NCBI GenBank assembly: GCA_964570955.1
Contig: CAZNBS010000005.1
Span: forward strand, 1-46,132
Origin: an uncultured Burkholderiales bacterium
Lineage (GTDB): Bacteria > Pseudomonadota > Gammaproteobacteria > Burkholderiales > SHXO01
Length of the DNA: 46,132 nt
Direction of reading: 5' to 3'
A program made the translations under genes and the position numbers. A model generated the notes under the pieces. That model worked only from the letters and a program-made list of their open reading frames with translations, was not told where the DNA came from and ran no database searches. Numbering within the stretch: the stretch's first letter is position 1; each line of letters starts with the position of its first letter. Below are positions 28,843-37,500 of the stretch, in pieces.

Positions 28843-30303
28843 ATGGGACCGATCGAACATCGACTGCCCGCCTGCCGCGATCTCTTCTATGGCGGGAAGT
28901 GGCACGTGCCGCTGGGTGGTTATACCCGAACCGTCGATCCGGCCACGCAAACCGATCTCGGCCCCGTGGCCGAAGCCAATGCGGCAGACGTGGATGCCGC
29001 TGTGCGTGCTGCCCACGAGGCATATCCGTCCTGGAGGAGTCTGGCTCCGGCGGAACGTGGAGCGCTACTGCGACGACTGGCGGAACGGGTGCGCGCCTGC
29101 GCCGACGAGTTCGCCTTCCTCGACGCGATCAACTGCGGCAACCCGATACGCGAGATGGGCCGTGATGCCGATGTCGCGGCGGCACAGCTGGATTACTACG
29201 GTGGTCTCGTGCGCGAGCTCAAGGGCGAAACGCTTCCACTGGGCGATCAGGCCATCAACTACTCCGTTCGCGAGCCATGGGGTGTCGTGGCACGCATCGT
29301 CGCCTATAACCATCCCCTGATGTTTCTGGCCGGCAAGCTGGCGCCGGCGCTGGCCGCCGGCAACACCGTCATCCTGAAGGCGCCCGCGCAGGCCCCGCTG
29401 TCGGCATACCGTCTGGCCGAACTGGTTGCCGAGGTCATGCCTGCAGGCGTCGTCGGCATTCTCAGCGGCGATCGCGAATGCGGGCAGGCACTGGTGTCGC
29501 ATCCACTGGTGCGGAGGGTCGCGTTAATCGGTTCGACTGCGACCGGCGCGGCGGTCCTGCGAGGCGCAGCCGACAAGATCATGCCGGCCCAACTGGAACT
29601 CGGCGGCAAGAATCCGCTGATCATCTGTCCGGATGCCGACCTGGAGCGCGCCCTCGACGGTGCCGTTTCCGGCATGAATTTCACCTGGGCAGGGCAGAGC
29701 TGCGGTTCGACGTCGCGCTGCTTCGTGCATCGGTCGATTTACGACGTCGCGATCGAAGGCATTCGCCAGCGGGTGATCGAGCGCCACCGTTGCGGGCTCC
29801 CCACCGATCCCGCCACCACGATGGGTTGCCTGATCTCCAGGGCGCAATTCGACAAGACGATGGGTTTCATCGAGTCGGCCCATGCCGAAGGGGCGCGGCT
29901 CGTGTGCGGCGGCGGTCGTCCTGCCGACCCGGCGCTGTCCCGAGGCTGGTTTGTCGAGGCCACGGTATTCGCCGACGTGACTCCGTCCATGCGCCTCTCT
30001 CGGGAAGAGGTCTTCGGCCCCGTGCTCGCGATGATCCCCTGGGATAGCGAAGACGAACTCGTCGAGCAGGTGAACGCACCTGAATATGGCTTGACGGCAT
30101 CCATCTGGACCCGCGACCTCGCGCGCGCCCACAGGCTGGCAGCTCGCGTCGAATCCGGCTACGTCTGGATCAATCACGCGAGCTCGCATCTGCCGGGTGC
30201 CGACTTCGGTGGCTACAAGCGTTCCGGACTCGGGCGCGAGGAAGGCCTGTCGGAGCTGCTCGCATGGACACAGTCGAAGAATGTCTTTGTCTCGCTCGGC
30301 TGA
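28843..30303 (+). CDS. NAD(P)-dependent aldehyde dehydrogenase (aromatic aldehyde type likely)
   Basis: LELGGKNPLII (Glu), WAGQSCGSTSRCF (Cys), EEVFGPV. ATG 28843 (MGPIEHRLP...) gives 486 aa. Confidence 0.9.
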   Translation: MGPIEHRLPACRDLFYGGKWHVPLGGYTRTVDPATQTDLGPVAEANAADVDAAVRAAHEAYPSWRSLAPAERGALLRRLAERVRACADEFAFLDAINCGNPIREMGRDADVAAAQLDYYGGLVRELKGETLPLGDQAINYSVREPWGVVARIVAYNHPLMFLAGKLAPALAAGNTVILKAPAQAPLSAYRLAELVAEVMPAGVVGILSGDRECGQALVSHPLVRRVALIGSTATGAAVLRGAADKIMPAQLELGGKNPLIICPDADLERALDGAVSGMNFTWAGQSCGSTSRCFVHRSIYDVAIEGIRQRVIERHRCGLPTDPATTMGCLISRAQFDKTMGFIESAHAEGARLVCGGGRPADPALSRGWFVEATVFADVTPSMRLSREEVFGPVLAMIPWDSEDELVEQVNAPEYGLTASIWTRDLARAHRLAARVESGYVWINHASSHLPGADFGGYKRSGLGREEGLSELLAWTQSKNVFVSLG

Positions 30304-30327
30304 GCCGGGCGCTCGAGGAGTCAATCG

Positions 30328-31443
30328 GTGAAAGCAACGATCCCAAAGCCGCCTTTCGAGACGACCGCGAATGCGCTGGAGGCCTTCACCAGCGAACTGA
30401 ACACGCGGTACCACATGATGGGGCAGTGGCAGGACGAAGGTTTGCTCAAGAGCATGATGGGTGGCGCAAAACCCGTCGGTGAACCCACAGTCTGGCCCTG
30501 GGCGGTCACCGAGTCGAAGCTGCTCGAGGCGTGCGACGTGCTCCCGGAAAGCATGGGGGCGCGACGCAGCCTCCTGATGCTCAACCCGGGCATCAAGGGC
30601 AAGAACGGCACCACTAACAACCTGTTGATGGGCGTACAGCTGGTCAAGCCAGGCGAGGTTGCCTGGGCCCACCGCCATTCGATCTCCGCACTGCGCTTCG
30701 CGATCGAGGGCTCTCGGGATCTGTACAGCGTCGTCGACGGCGAGCGGCTTGCGCTCGAGACCAACGACCTGGTCCTGACGCCGAGCTGGACCTGGCACGA
30801 CCACCACAACGAGAGCGATCGCCACGGGCTGTGGATCGACGTCCTTAACGTGCCACTCCTGGTAAGCCTCGGCCAGGTCGGCTTCGAACCTTACGGTCAC
30901 GCGGAGCAAACGCTGCAGAGGAACAGCGATTACATCAGCTCGCGCGCCGGAATCGTCCGCCCGACCTGGGAGCAGCGGCCGGTGCGCAACTACCCGCTTC
31001 GGTATGCGTGGTCGGCGGTCAGCAAGGAGCTGGAACGTCTGCACGATGCAGCGGGATGCCCCTTCGACGACGTCAACCTGGAGTACGTGAACCCCATGAC
31101 AGGCGGTCCAGCGTTGCCGACGATGCGCTGCTGTGTCCAGTTGCTGCGCCCCGGATTCGAAGGACGTTCGCAGTGCCGCACCTCAAGCACCGCGTATTTC
31201 GTCATCGAGGGCGAGGGCACCACCGTGGTCGACGGCAAGGAGCTGCGTTGGGGGCCGCGAGATGTCATCGCCGTGCCGAACGCCTGCGTCCGCCAGCACT
31301 TCAATCGATCGACACGCGACCGGGCCGTGCTGTTCTCGGTCAGCGACTCGCCGCTGCTCGAGGCCATCGGTCTTTATCGCGAAGACCCGGCCCTGCCGTT
31401 GGCCGCTCTACCCGCTGTGCCCGCGCGCCCCGTGCGTGCGTGA
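30328..31443 (+). CDS. bicupin ring-cleavage dioxygenase, gentisate 1,2-dioxygenase / 1-hydroxy-2-naphthoate dioxygenase family
   Basis: N-terminal cupin with PGEVAWAHRHSISALRFAIEG...LVLTPSWTWHDHHNES (His ligands). A second cupin lies around TSSTAYFVIEGEGTTVVDG. ~370 aa as in GDO-like enzymes. GTG start after GAGGAG. Confidence 0.75.
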   Translation: MKATIPKPPFETTANALEAFTSELNTRYHMMGQWQDEGLLKSMMGGAKPVGEPTVWPWAVTESKLLEACDVLPESMGARRSLLMLNPGIKGKNGTTNNLLMGVQLVKPGEVAWAHRHSISALRFAIEGSRDLYSVVDGERLALETNDLVLTPSWTWHDHHNESDRHGLWIDVLNVPLLVSLGQVGFEPYGHAEQTLQRNSDYISSRAGIVRPTWEQRPVRNYPLRYAWSAVSKELERLHDAAGCPFDDVNLEYVNPMTGGPALPTMRCCVQLLRPGFEGRSQCRTSSTAYFVIEGEGTTVVDGKELRWGPRDVIAVPNACVRQHFNRSTRDRAVLFSVSDSPLLEAIGLYREDPALPLAALPAVPARPVRA

Positions 31444-31466
31444 ATTTTCCCAGGAGGCCGTCCGAT

Positions 31467-31940
31467 ATGGATTCCCAACTGCACCTGCGCGTGGCAGAAC
31501 TCTACACGCGCCATTCCGAGATCATCAGCGACAATCATCTCGAGCAATGGCCAGACCTCTACACCGAGGACTGCCTCTACAAGCTCGTTTCACGCGCCAA
31601 CTTCGACCGCCAGCTCCCCCTGGGAACGATCCTGTGCGAAAGCCGTGGCGCCCTGATCGATCGCGTGACCGCAATTCGCAACACCATGGTCTACGCGCCG
31701 CGAAGCATCATCCACACCGTGAGCAATGCGCGGCTGACCGAAGTGGCGACCGACGGCGCGCTGTCGGCGCGCAGCATGTTCTGCGTCTGGCAGACCCTCC
31801 CGGACGGCCAGAGTCACCTTCAACTGGTTGGGCGAAGCTTCGATCGCATTGCCGTCAACGGCGAAGAACTGCGGTTCCGGGAGCGTATCGCCGTCTTCGA
31901 CTCGGAACTCGTTCCTGGATCCATTGTCTACCCCATCTGA
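31467..31940 (+). CDS. aromatic ring-hydroxylating oxygenase beta (small) subunit
   Basis: 157 aa SnoaL-like fold. LEQWPDLYTEDCLYKLVSR...ALIDRVTAIRNT...H is typical of Ring_hydroxyl_B. AGGAGG RBS. Confidence 0.85.
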   Translation: MDSQLHLRVAELYTRHSEIISDNHLEQWPDLYTEDCLYKLVSRANFDRQLPLGTILCESRGALIDRVTAIRNTMVYAPRSIIHTVSNARLTEVATDGALSARSMFCVWQTLPDGQSHLQLVGRSFDRIAVNGEELRFRERIAVFDSELVPGSIVYPI

Positions 31941-31963
31941 AAGCAAGCCCAGGAGACCGCAGT

Positions 31964-33229
31964 ATGGACACCGCCTCTAAAGCACCATTCGCACCACGGG
32001 CGCCGCGCGCCTGGCCTACGGAAGACTGCTCCCGCATTCCGAACTGGATCTACTCTGATCCGGATCACTATCAGGCCGAACTGGACCGCATCTTCTACGG
32101 GCCGTTCTGGACCTTCGTCGGACTCGAGTGCGAGGTGCCCAATCACGGAGACTGGAAGCAGGCTGTCGTGGGCGAACGCGCAGTGATCCTGACGCGCGCC
32201 AGGGATGCTCAGGTGCACGTGGTCCTCAACAGTTGCGCACATCGGGGGGCACAGATCTGCAACAAGGCGTTCGGCCACGACAAGGAACTGATGTGCCCCT
32301 ACCATCAGTGGACCTTCGACCTGAACGGCGACCTGTTGGGCGTGCCGTTCCGTCGGGGTGTCAAAGGCAAGGGCGGCTATCCGTCGGACTTCGACCCCAG
32401 AAAGCATCCGCTGCGCAAACTCAAGGTGGAATGCGTCAACGGCGCGGTCTTCGCGAGTTTCGACGAGCGCACCCTGCCGATGAAGGACTACCTCGGCGAC
32501 GAACTCTACAAGCGCCTGACGCGCGTTTTCGACGGCCGCGAACTCAAACTTCTGGGCCACCAGCGACAGAAGATCAAGGGCAACTGGAAGCTCTATCCGG
32601 AGAACATGAAGGATTCGTACCACGCCACGTTGCTGCACGTCTTCCTGATCAGTTTCGGCCTGTATCGAATCGATCAGAAGGGCGAATTGCTACAGGATTC
32701 GCGCACGCTCGCGCACAACGTCGTGAGCTCGCGCGCTAACAGCAGCGAGACGAAGGAGGCCAGGGAGATGAGGTCGCTCAAGGCCGATTTCCAGCTCAAC
32801 GACATGCGGATCGTGACGCCGGTCAAGGAATACGATGACGACGTCACGATCCAGAACGTGACGATGTTTCCCGGTCTCACGGTGCAGCAACAACAGAACC
32901 TGCTGCAGTGCCGCAACGTGATCCCGCGGGGACCGAACGAATTCGAGTTGTCATGGACGTACTTCGGCTACGCCGACGATACCGAGGAGATGACGCAGCG
33001 CCGCCTGCGTCTGGCGAACCTCACCGGCGCGGCTGGTCTGATCTCGGTGGACGACACTGAGGTATTCGAGTTCTCCGGTGCCGGCATGCGTCCCAATGCG
33101 GATCGTGACTGCGTCGTCGAGCTTGCCGGCCGTTCACCCGAACCTCCCAGGGAGTTCGGTGACATGGTTTCGGAAGGCCCGATCAGGGGTTTCTACGATT
33201 TCTACAGACGCATCATGTTCAACGATTGA
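31964..33229 (+). CDS. Rieske non-haem iron oxygenase alpha subunit (NagG/salicylate-5-hydroxylase/OhbB-like group)
   Basis: Rieske CAHRGAQIC-x13-CPYHQW. Mononuclear iron motif NMKDSYHATLLH. GVPFRRG and NWKLYPEN blocks are shared with NagG-type large subunits. 421 aa. Confidence 0.9.
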   Translation: MDTASKAPFAPRAPRAWPTEDCSRIPNWIYSDPDHYQAELDRIFYGPFWTFVGLECEVPNHGDWKQAVVGERAVILTRARDAQVHVVLNSCAHRGAQICNKAFGHDKELMCPYHQWTFDLNGDLLGVPFRRGVKGKGGYPSDFDPRKHPLRKLKVECVNGAVFASFDERTLPMKDYLGDELYKRLTRVFDGRELKLLGHQRQKIKGNWKLYPENMKDSYHATLLHVFLISFGLYRIDQKGELLQDSRTLAHNVVSSRANSSETKEAREMRSLKADFQLNDMRIVTPVKEYDDDVTIQNVTMFPGLTVQQQQNLLQCRNVIPRGPNEFELSWTYFGYADDTEEMTQRRLRLANLTGAAGLISVDDTEVFEFSGAGMRPNADRDCVVELAGRSPEPPREFGDMVSEGPIRGFYDFYRRIMFND

Positions 33230-33238
33230 GGTTAAGCC

Positions 33239-33559
33239 ATGTCCGGGATTCGCTTCGAATCGGTCGCGAACGTCGACGACATCGAGCCCGGCCAGGGCCT
33301 GCGATGCATCGTAGGCGGTCGGGCCATCGCGCTGTTCAATGTCGATGGTCGATTCCATGCAATCGACGACCGCTGTTCTCACGACGACGCGTCGCTCGCG
33401 GAAGGCTGGCTGGAGGGCTGCGAAATCGAGTGCCCGTTGCATCAGGGGCGCTTCGACGTCACCAGCGGCAAGGCAACGGCTGCGCCCTGTGTCGTGGATG
33501 TCTCGACCTATCCGATACGCATCGAAGATGGGCGCATCTCGGTCGCCGTCCCGATCTGA
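33239..33559 (+). CDS. Rieske-type [2Fe-2S] ferredoxin component
   Basis: 106 aa with CSHDDASL...CPLHQGRF (C-x-H ... C-x-x-H). Confidence 0.9.
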   Translation: MSGIRFESVANVDDIEPGQGLRCIVGGRAIALFNVDGRFHAIDDRCSHDDASLAEGWLEGCEIECPLHQGRFDVTSGKATAAPCVVDVSTYPIRIEDGRISVAVPI

Positions 33560-33570
33560 CCCGTTCTGAT

Positions 33571-33602
33571 GGCGCCGCCTCCCGAAGGCTGGAGGCGGCG
33601 CC
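33571..33602 (+). terminator. 12-bp perfect GC hairpin (attenuator/terminator-like or RNA stabiliser)
   Basis: GGCGCCGCCTCC-cgaaggct-GGAGGCGGCGCC between the ferredoxin stop and the hemerythrin-like gene. No U-tract follows. Confidence 0.35.
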
Positions 33603-33622
33603 TCGCGCGACCGAAGGAAACC

Positions 33623-34207
33623 ATGAAGCGTCGCAGCCTCAAGATCATCCACGACGAGCACGCGTCGCTGGCCGCCGTGCTGCACTCGGCGCGCATGATG
33701 GTGGATCGCGGACCGACCGGCGATCACAGGAGCTTCTTCGAGACGTTGCGAGCCATGCTGTTCTACATCGACGAGTTTCCCGAGCGTCTCCACCATCCGA
33801 AGGAAACCGGGCTTCTGTTTCCGCGCGTGGTGCAGTCGGTGCCCGCGTTGAGCGCAACGGTGGCGCAGCTGAACCGCGACCACGACTTTACCGAGACGGC
33901 GGTGCGCGACCTGGGGCATTTGCTGCTGGCCTGGGAGTTGCTCGGCGATGTGCGCAAGACCGCCTTCGTCGACGGCTTCACCCGCTATCTCGAACGGTAT
34001 CTGACGCACATGCAACTCGAGGAGCGCGAGATCCTTCCCGCTGCGGAGAAGCATCTCGGTGAGGCTGACTGGCAGATACTCGATGCCGCATTCGAGCAGA
34101 ACCGTGATCCGCTGACCGGCAACTACAAGCCCGATCCGCAGTTCGCGGAGCTCTTCTCGCGCATTCTGCGCGGGGCGCCAGCACCGATCGGGCTCGGGAA
34201 CCGCTGA
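33623..34207 (+). CDS. hemerythrin HHE cation-binding domain protein
   Basis: Repeated His/Glu ligand motifs: IIHDEHASL, ERLHHPKE, LTHMQLEEREI, four-helix periodicity. ATG 33623 is preceded by AAGGAA. Confidence 0.7.
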   Translation: MKRRSLKIIHDEHASLAAVLHSARMMVDRGPTGDHRSFFETLRAMLFYIDEFPERLHHPKETGLLFPRVVQSVPALSATVAQLNRDHDFTETAVRDLGHLLLAWELLGDVRKTAFVDGFTRYLERYLTHMQLEEREILPAAEKHLGEADWQILDAAFEQNRDPLTGNYKPDPQFAELFSRILRGAPAPIGLGNR

Positions 34208-34327
34208 CCCTGCAGTGACGGGTGCGAAGTGCGCCGGCAACGAGGGATCCGGCACTCGCCGATGCTCAGGCGCCCCGGGAACGCCAAGTCGCCCCGGGCT
34301 TTCACGACGCGCAGCAACGCGACACAT

Positions 34328-36221
34328 TAGTCCGAAGTTCCGACCCAGCTGAGCCGCTTGCAGGCACCTGATCCGAGTCAGATCAATGAGATAGACGTAA
34401 TTGTCGGCTGAATTTTGAATATCACGTGGACATGCATATCCACCTCCTCCCCAACCGAGGCTCGCCGCCCACCGTTTTACTGCGCGAGTCGTATCGCGAG
34501 GGATCGAAGGTGCGCAAGCGAACGCTGGCCAATCTCTCGAGCTTGGCGGCTGCGCAGATCGAAGCCATGCGCGCCGTGCTGGCTGGCAAGGCCGTGCAGC
34601 CGATCGCGCAAACGTTGGAGATCACCGGCTCGCGCCCGCACGGCCACGTGCAGGCGGTGCACGCCGCGATGCGTCGGCTGGAGGTGGCCTCGTTGCTGGA
34701 CACCAAGCCCTCGCCCGAGCGCGACCGGGTGCTCGCCATGATCGCCGCGCGCATCGTCGCGCCTTCACCGAAACTGGCCATCACACGCTGGTGGCACACG
34801 ACGACGCTGGCCGAGGAGTTCGGCGTCGTCGACGCCGACGAGAGCGACCTGTACGCGGCGATGGACTGGCTGCTTGAGCGCCAGGAGCGAATTGAGAACA
34901 AGCTCGCCGCGCGCCACCTCGCCGAAGGTGGCCTCGTGCTCTACGACCTGTCGTCGAGCTACTTCGAGGGCACGACCTGCCCGCCGGCGCGCCTGGGCCA
35001 CAGCCGCGACGGGCGCCGCGGGATGTTGCAGGTCAACTACGGCTTGCTCACCGATGCGCGCGGCTGCCCGGTGGCCGTATCGGTGCACGAGGGCAACGTC
35101 GCCGACAGTGCGACGTTCCTGCCGGCGGTGCAGCGGCTGCGCGAGCGCTTCGGCGTGGGTGAGCTCATGATGGTGGGCGATCGCGGCATGATCGGACACA
35201 AGGCGATCGAGGAGTTGCGCAGCCACCAGGGCATCGGCTGGATCACGGCGCTCAAGAGCGGCTCGATCCGCGCGCTCATCGAGCAGGGGCAGCTGCAGCT
35301 CGGGCTGTTCGACGAGCGCAACCTCATCGAGCTCGCCTCGCCCGAGTACCCGGGCGAGCGGTTCGTGGCATGCCGCAATCCGCAACTGGCGAAGCTTCGT
35401 GCGTTCAAGCGCGAGGATCTGCTGCGCGCTACCGAGAAGAATCTGCAGGCGATCGAAGATCGCGTCCAGGCGGGCCGGCTCGAGGGGGCCGATGCGATCG
35501 GCCTGCGCGTGGGTAAGGTCGTGAACCAGTACAAGGTCGCCAAGCACTTCGAACTGGAGATCGAAGACCGAAGCTTCAGCTTCGCGCGCAAGGAGCAGGT
35601 GATCGCTGCCGAAGCCGCGCTCGATGGAATCTACATCATCTGCACCTCGGTGGGCATCGAGCGTATGGATGCGCCCGAGTGCGTACGCAGCTGCAAGGCG
35701 CTGGCCAACGTGGAGCGGGCGTTCCGGTCGCTCAAGACGGTGGACCTGAAGGTGCGTCCCATCCACCACCGCACGGAAAATCGCGTGCGCGCGCACATCT
35801 TCCTGTGCATGCTCGCCTACTACGTCGAGTGGCACATGCGCGAGGCGTGGCGCGAGTTGATGTTCGCCGACACCGAGCAGCACGCAAAAGCGAGCCGCGA
35901 TCCGGTGGCGCCGGCCAGGTGCTCAGCCAAGGCGCTGGCGCAGGCGGCGAGCCACGCGCTCGACGACGGCACGCCCGTGCACAGCTTCGCCACGCTGATG
36001 GCCGAGATGGCCACCGTCGTGCGCAACACCTGCCGCACGCCCCGCGCCGAGGCCGAGGCGCCGACCTTCGAGATCGTCACGACCGCCAACGCCAAGCAGA
36101 AGCGCGCCCTCGAGTTGATTCAGAACATCGAGCCGTAGACAGAACGCGGAACCTCGATCTCGCGCCATGTCATTGGCGCACAAGGCAAAACCCGCTACCG
36201 GGGCGCTGGAACTTCAGCTTA
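34328..36221 (+). mobile_element. IS1634-family (IS4-like) insertion sequence; boundaries approximate
   Basis: Single transposase ORF flanked by imperfect inverted ends sharing a GAAGTTCC core. Left end is TAGTCCGAAGTTCCGACCC at 34328. The right end reverse-complements to TAAGCTGAAGTTCCAGCGCC and ends at 36221. No convincing target-site duplication was seen. Confidence 0.5.
34426..36138 (+). CDS. IS1634 family DDE transposase
   Basis: The N-terminus LLRESYREGSKVRKRTLANLSSL matches the IS1634 hallmark (ESYREGGKVRQRxLxNLG). DDE-type core (LVLYDLSSSYFEG, MVGDRGM, IICTS). C-terminal YxxRxxIExxFRxLK block (ERAFRSLKTVDLKVRPIHH). An alternative ATG lies at 34432. Confidence 0.85.
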   Translation: MDMHIHLLPNRGSPPTVLLRESYREGSKVRKRTLANLSSLAAAQIEAMRAVLAGKAVQPIAQTLEITGSRPHGHVQAVHAAMRRLEVASLLDTKPSPERDRVLAMIAARIVAPSPKLAITRWWHTTTLAEEFGVVDADESDLYAAMDWLLERQERIENKLAARHLAEGGLVLYDLSSSYFEGTTCPPARLGHSRDGRRGMLQVNYGLLTDARGCPVAVSVHEGNVADSATFLPAVQRLRERFGVGELMMVGDRGMIGHKAIEELRSHQGIGWITALKSGSIRALIEQGQLQLGLFDERNLIELASPEYPGERFVACRNPQLAKLRAFKREDLLRATEKNLQAIEDRVQAGRLEGADAIGLRVGKVVNQYKVAKHFELEIEDRSFSFARKEQVIAAEAALDGIYIICTSVGIERMDAPECVRSCKALANVERAFRSLKTVDLKVRPIHHRTENRVRAHIFLCMLAYYVEWHMREAWRELMFADTEQHAKASRDPVAPARCSAKALAQAASHALDDGTPVHSFATLMAEMATVVRNTCRTPRAEAEAPTFEIVTTANAKQKRALELIQNIEP

Positions 36222-36231
36222 CGAGTACAAC

Positions 36232-37206
36232 ATGGTGCATCTCAATCGCCGCAAGCTGATGGCCGCTTCATTGGCCAGTGTGTTGGCCCAGTCCACATGG
36301 GCCCAATCGCTGCCTTCGACTGCGCGCATCCTCGTCGGCTTCCCGCCCGGTTCGGGGCCAGACCTCGCAGCCCGCCAGCTTGGCCTCGCCCTCACGGGCA
36401 AGCTGGCCTCGGTCGCCGTGGTGGAGAACCGCACCGGCGCCTCGGGCAACATCGCGGTCAGTGCTGCGCTCAGTGCCGCGCCCGACGGCATGACCCTGCT
36501 GTCGAACCCCAGCGGCGTGATGACAGTCAATCCGCACATTTTCCGCAAGCTCGCCTTCTCGCCGTTCACGGACCTGACGCCTATCAGCACCACATGCCGC
36601 TATGAACTCGCTCTGGCGGTCGGGCCGGCTGTGCCGGAATCGGTGATGACACTGACCGATTTCAGCGACTGGACGCGCCAGCAGCGTCAGCCCGTGGCCT
36701 ATGGGTCGTCGGGCGGCAGTCTGTATCTGCTGGGCTACGCGTTCGGCCGCAGTCAGAAGCTCGACCTGATCCACGTGCCTTACCGGGGTGCCGGACCCAT
36801 GCTCGTCGATATCCAGGCTGGGCAAGTGCCTGCCGGCACCGGCTCGCTGCCCGCGCTGATGGCGCAAGCCGGCAGTGGCAAGCTGCGCGTGCTCGCCAGC
36901 ACCGGATCGGCGCGGTCACGCTTCTTTCCCTCTGTCCCAACATTCGAGGAACAAGGCGTGCATGGGCTGGCCATGCGCGAGTGGCACGGCATCTACGTCG
37001 CGGGAAAGCCGACCCTGGAGGTCATCGCGCGGCTGGTGACGCTGGTGCAGGCAGCGGTGAACTTACCGTCCTTCGTCGAGGCCATGGGTAAGATGGGTTT
37101 CGAAGCCGCAGCCTCGTCGCCAGAGGAGTTGGACCGGCTGGCACGCAGCGATTCCGAGCGCTGGGGCGAGATTGTCAAGGCATCGGGCTTCGTTCAGGAA
37201 AACTGA
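36232..37206 (+). CDS. Bug family (TctC-like) substrate-binding protein
   Basis: Signal peptide with [39 protein letters not shown]. Its ATG lies only ~11 nt from the inferred IS end, and no good SD is present. Confidence 0.85.
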   Translation: MVHLNRRKLMAASLASVLAQSTWAQSLPSTARILVGFPPGSGPDLAARQLGLALTGKLASVAVVENRTGASGNIAVSAALSAAPDGMTLLSNPSGVMTVNPHIFRKLAFSPFTDLTPISTTCRYELALAVGPAVPESVMTLTDFSDWTRQQRQPVAYGSSGGSLYLLGYAFGRSQKLDLIHVPYRGAGPMLVDIQAGQVPAGTGSLPALMAQAGSGKLRVLASTGSARSRFFPSVPTFEEQGVHGLAMREWHGIYVAGKPTLEVIARLVTLVQAAVNLPSFVEAMGKMGFEAAASSPEELDRLARSDSERWGEIVKASGFVQEN

Positions 37207-37309
37207 GCGGTGAAACCCTCGCACGGATTCTGGTCCGCCTAGCCGCGCTACGCCTCGTCTCCTTCCCGTCGGCACGCGTTCCGGCGCCGTCGTCCGTGCG
37301 TACAGAGAA

Positions 37310-37500
37310 AAGCGCAGGAACATCTGCCGCGAATAGCCGAGTACCATCACAAAGGCCATCAGCGAGCGGCGCGCCCGCCCGATCACGAGATGGCCGAAGT
37401 GCCCCCAGTCGACCTGCGCCTGTTCGGCTGGCAGCGTGCGCAGCCGCAGGTAGGCTTCGACGGGGCGCCCCAGCTCAGGCGCCCCGGGAACGCTTCTGCG
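37310..37500 (-). pseudogene. IS21-family IstA transposase remnant (~60 codons of the DDE core)
   Basis: Within track ORF 37063..37635, [45 protein letters not shown] matches the IstA block (FETxPGEQAQVDxG...FVAVLGYSR...). Similarity is lost on both sides, and there is no start, HTH or istB. Confidence 0.45.

Noticed and set aside
33134-34327. 397-aa minus-strand ORF antisense to the ferredoxin and hemerythrin genes
   Set aside because: There are no motifs, and it is antisense to two genes with clear ligand signatures. Its 5' end merely runs into the IS-flanking DNA.
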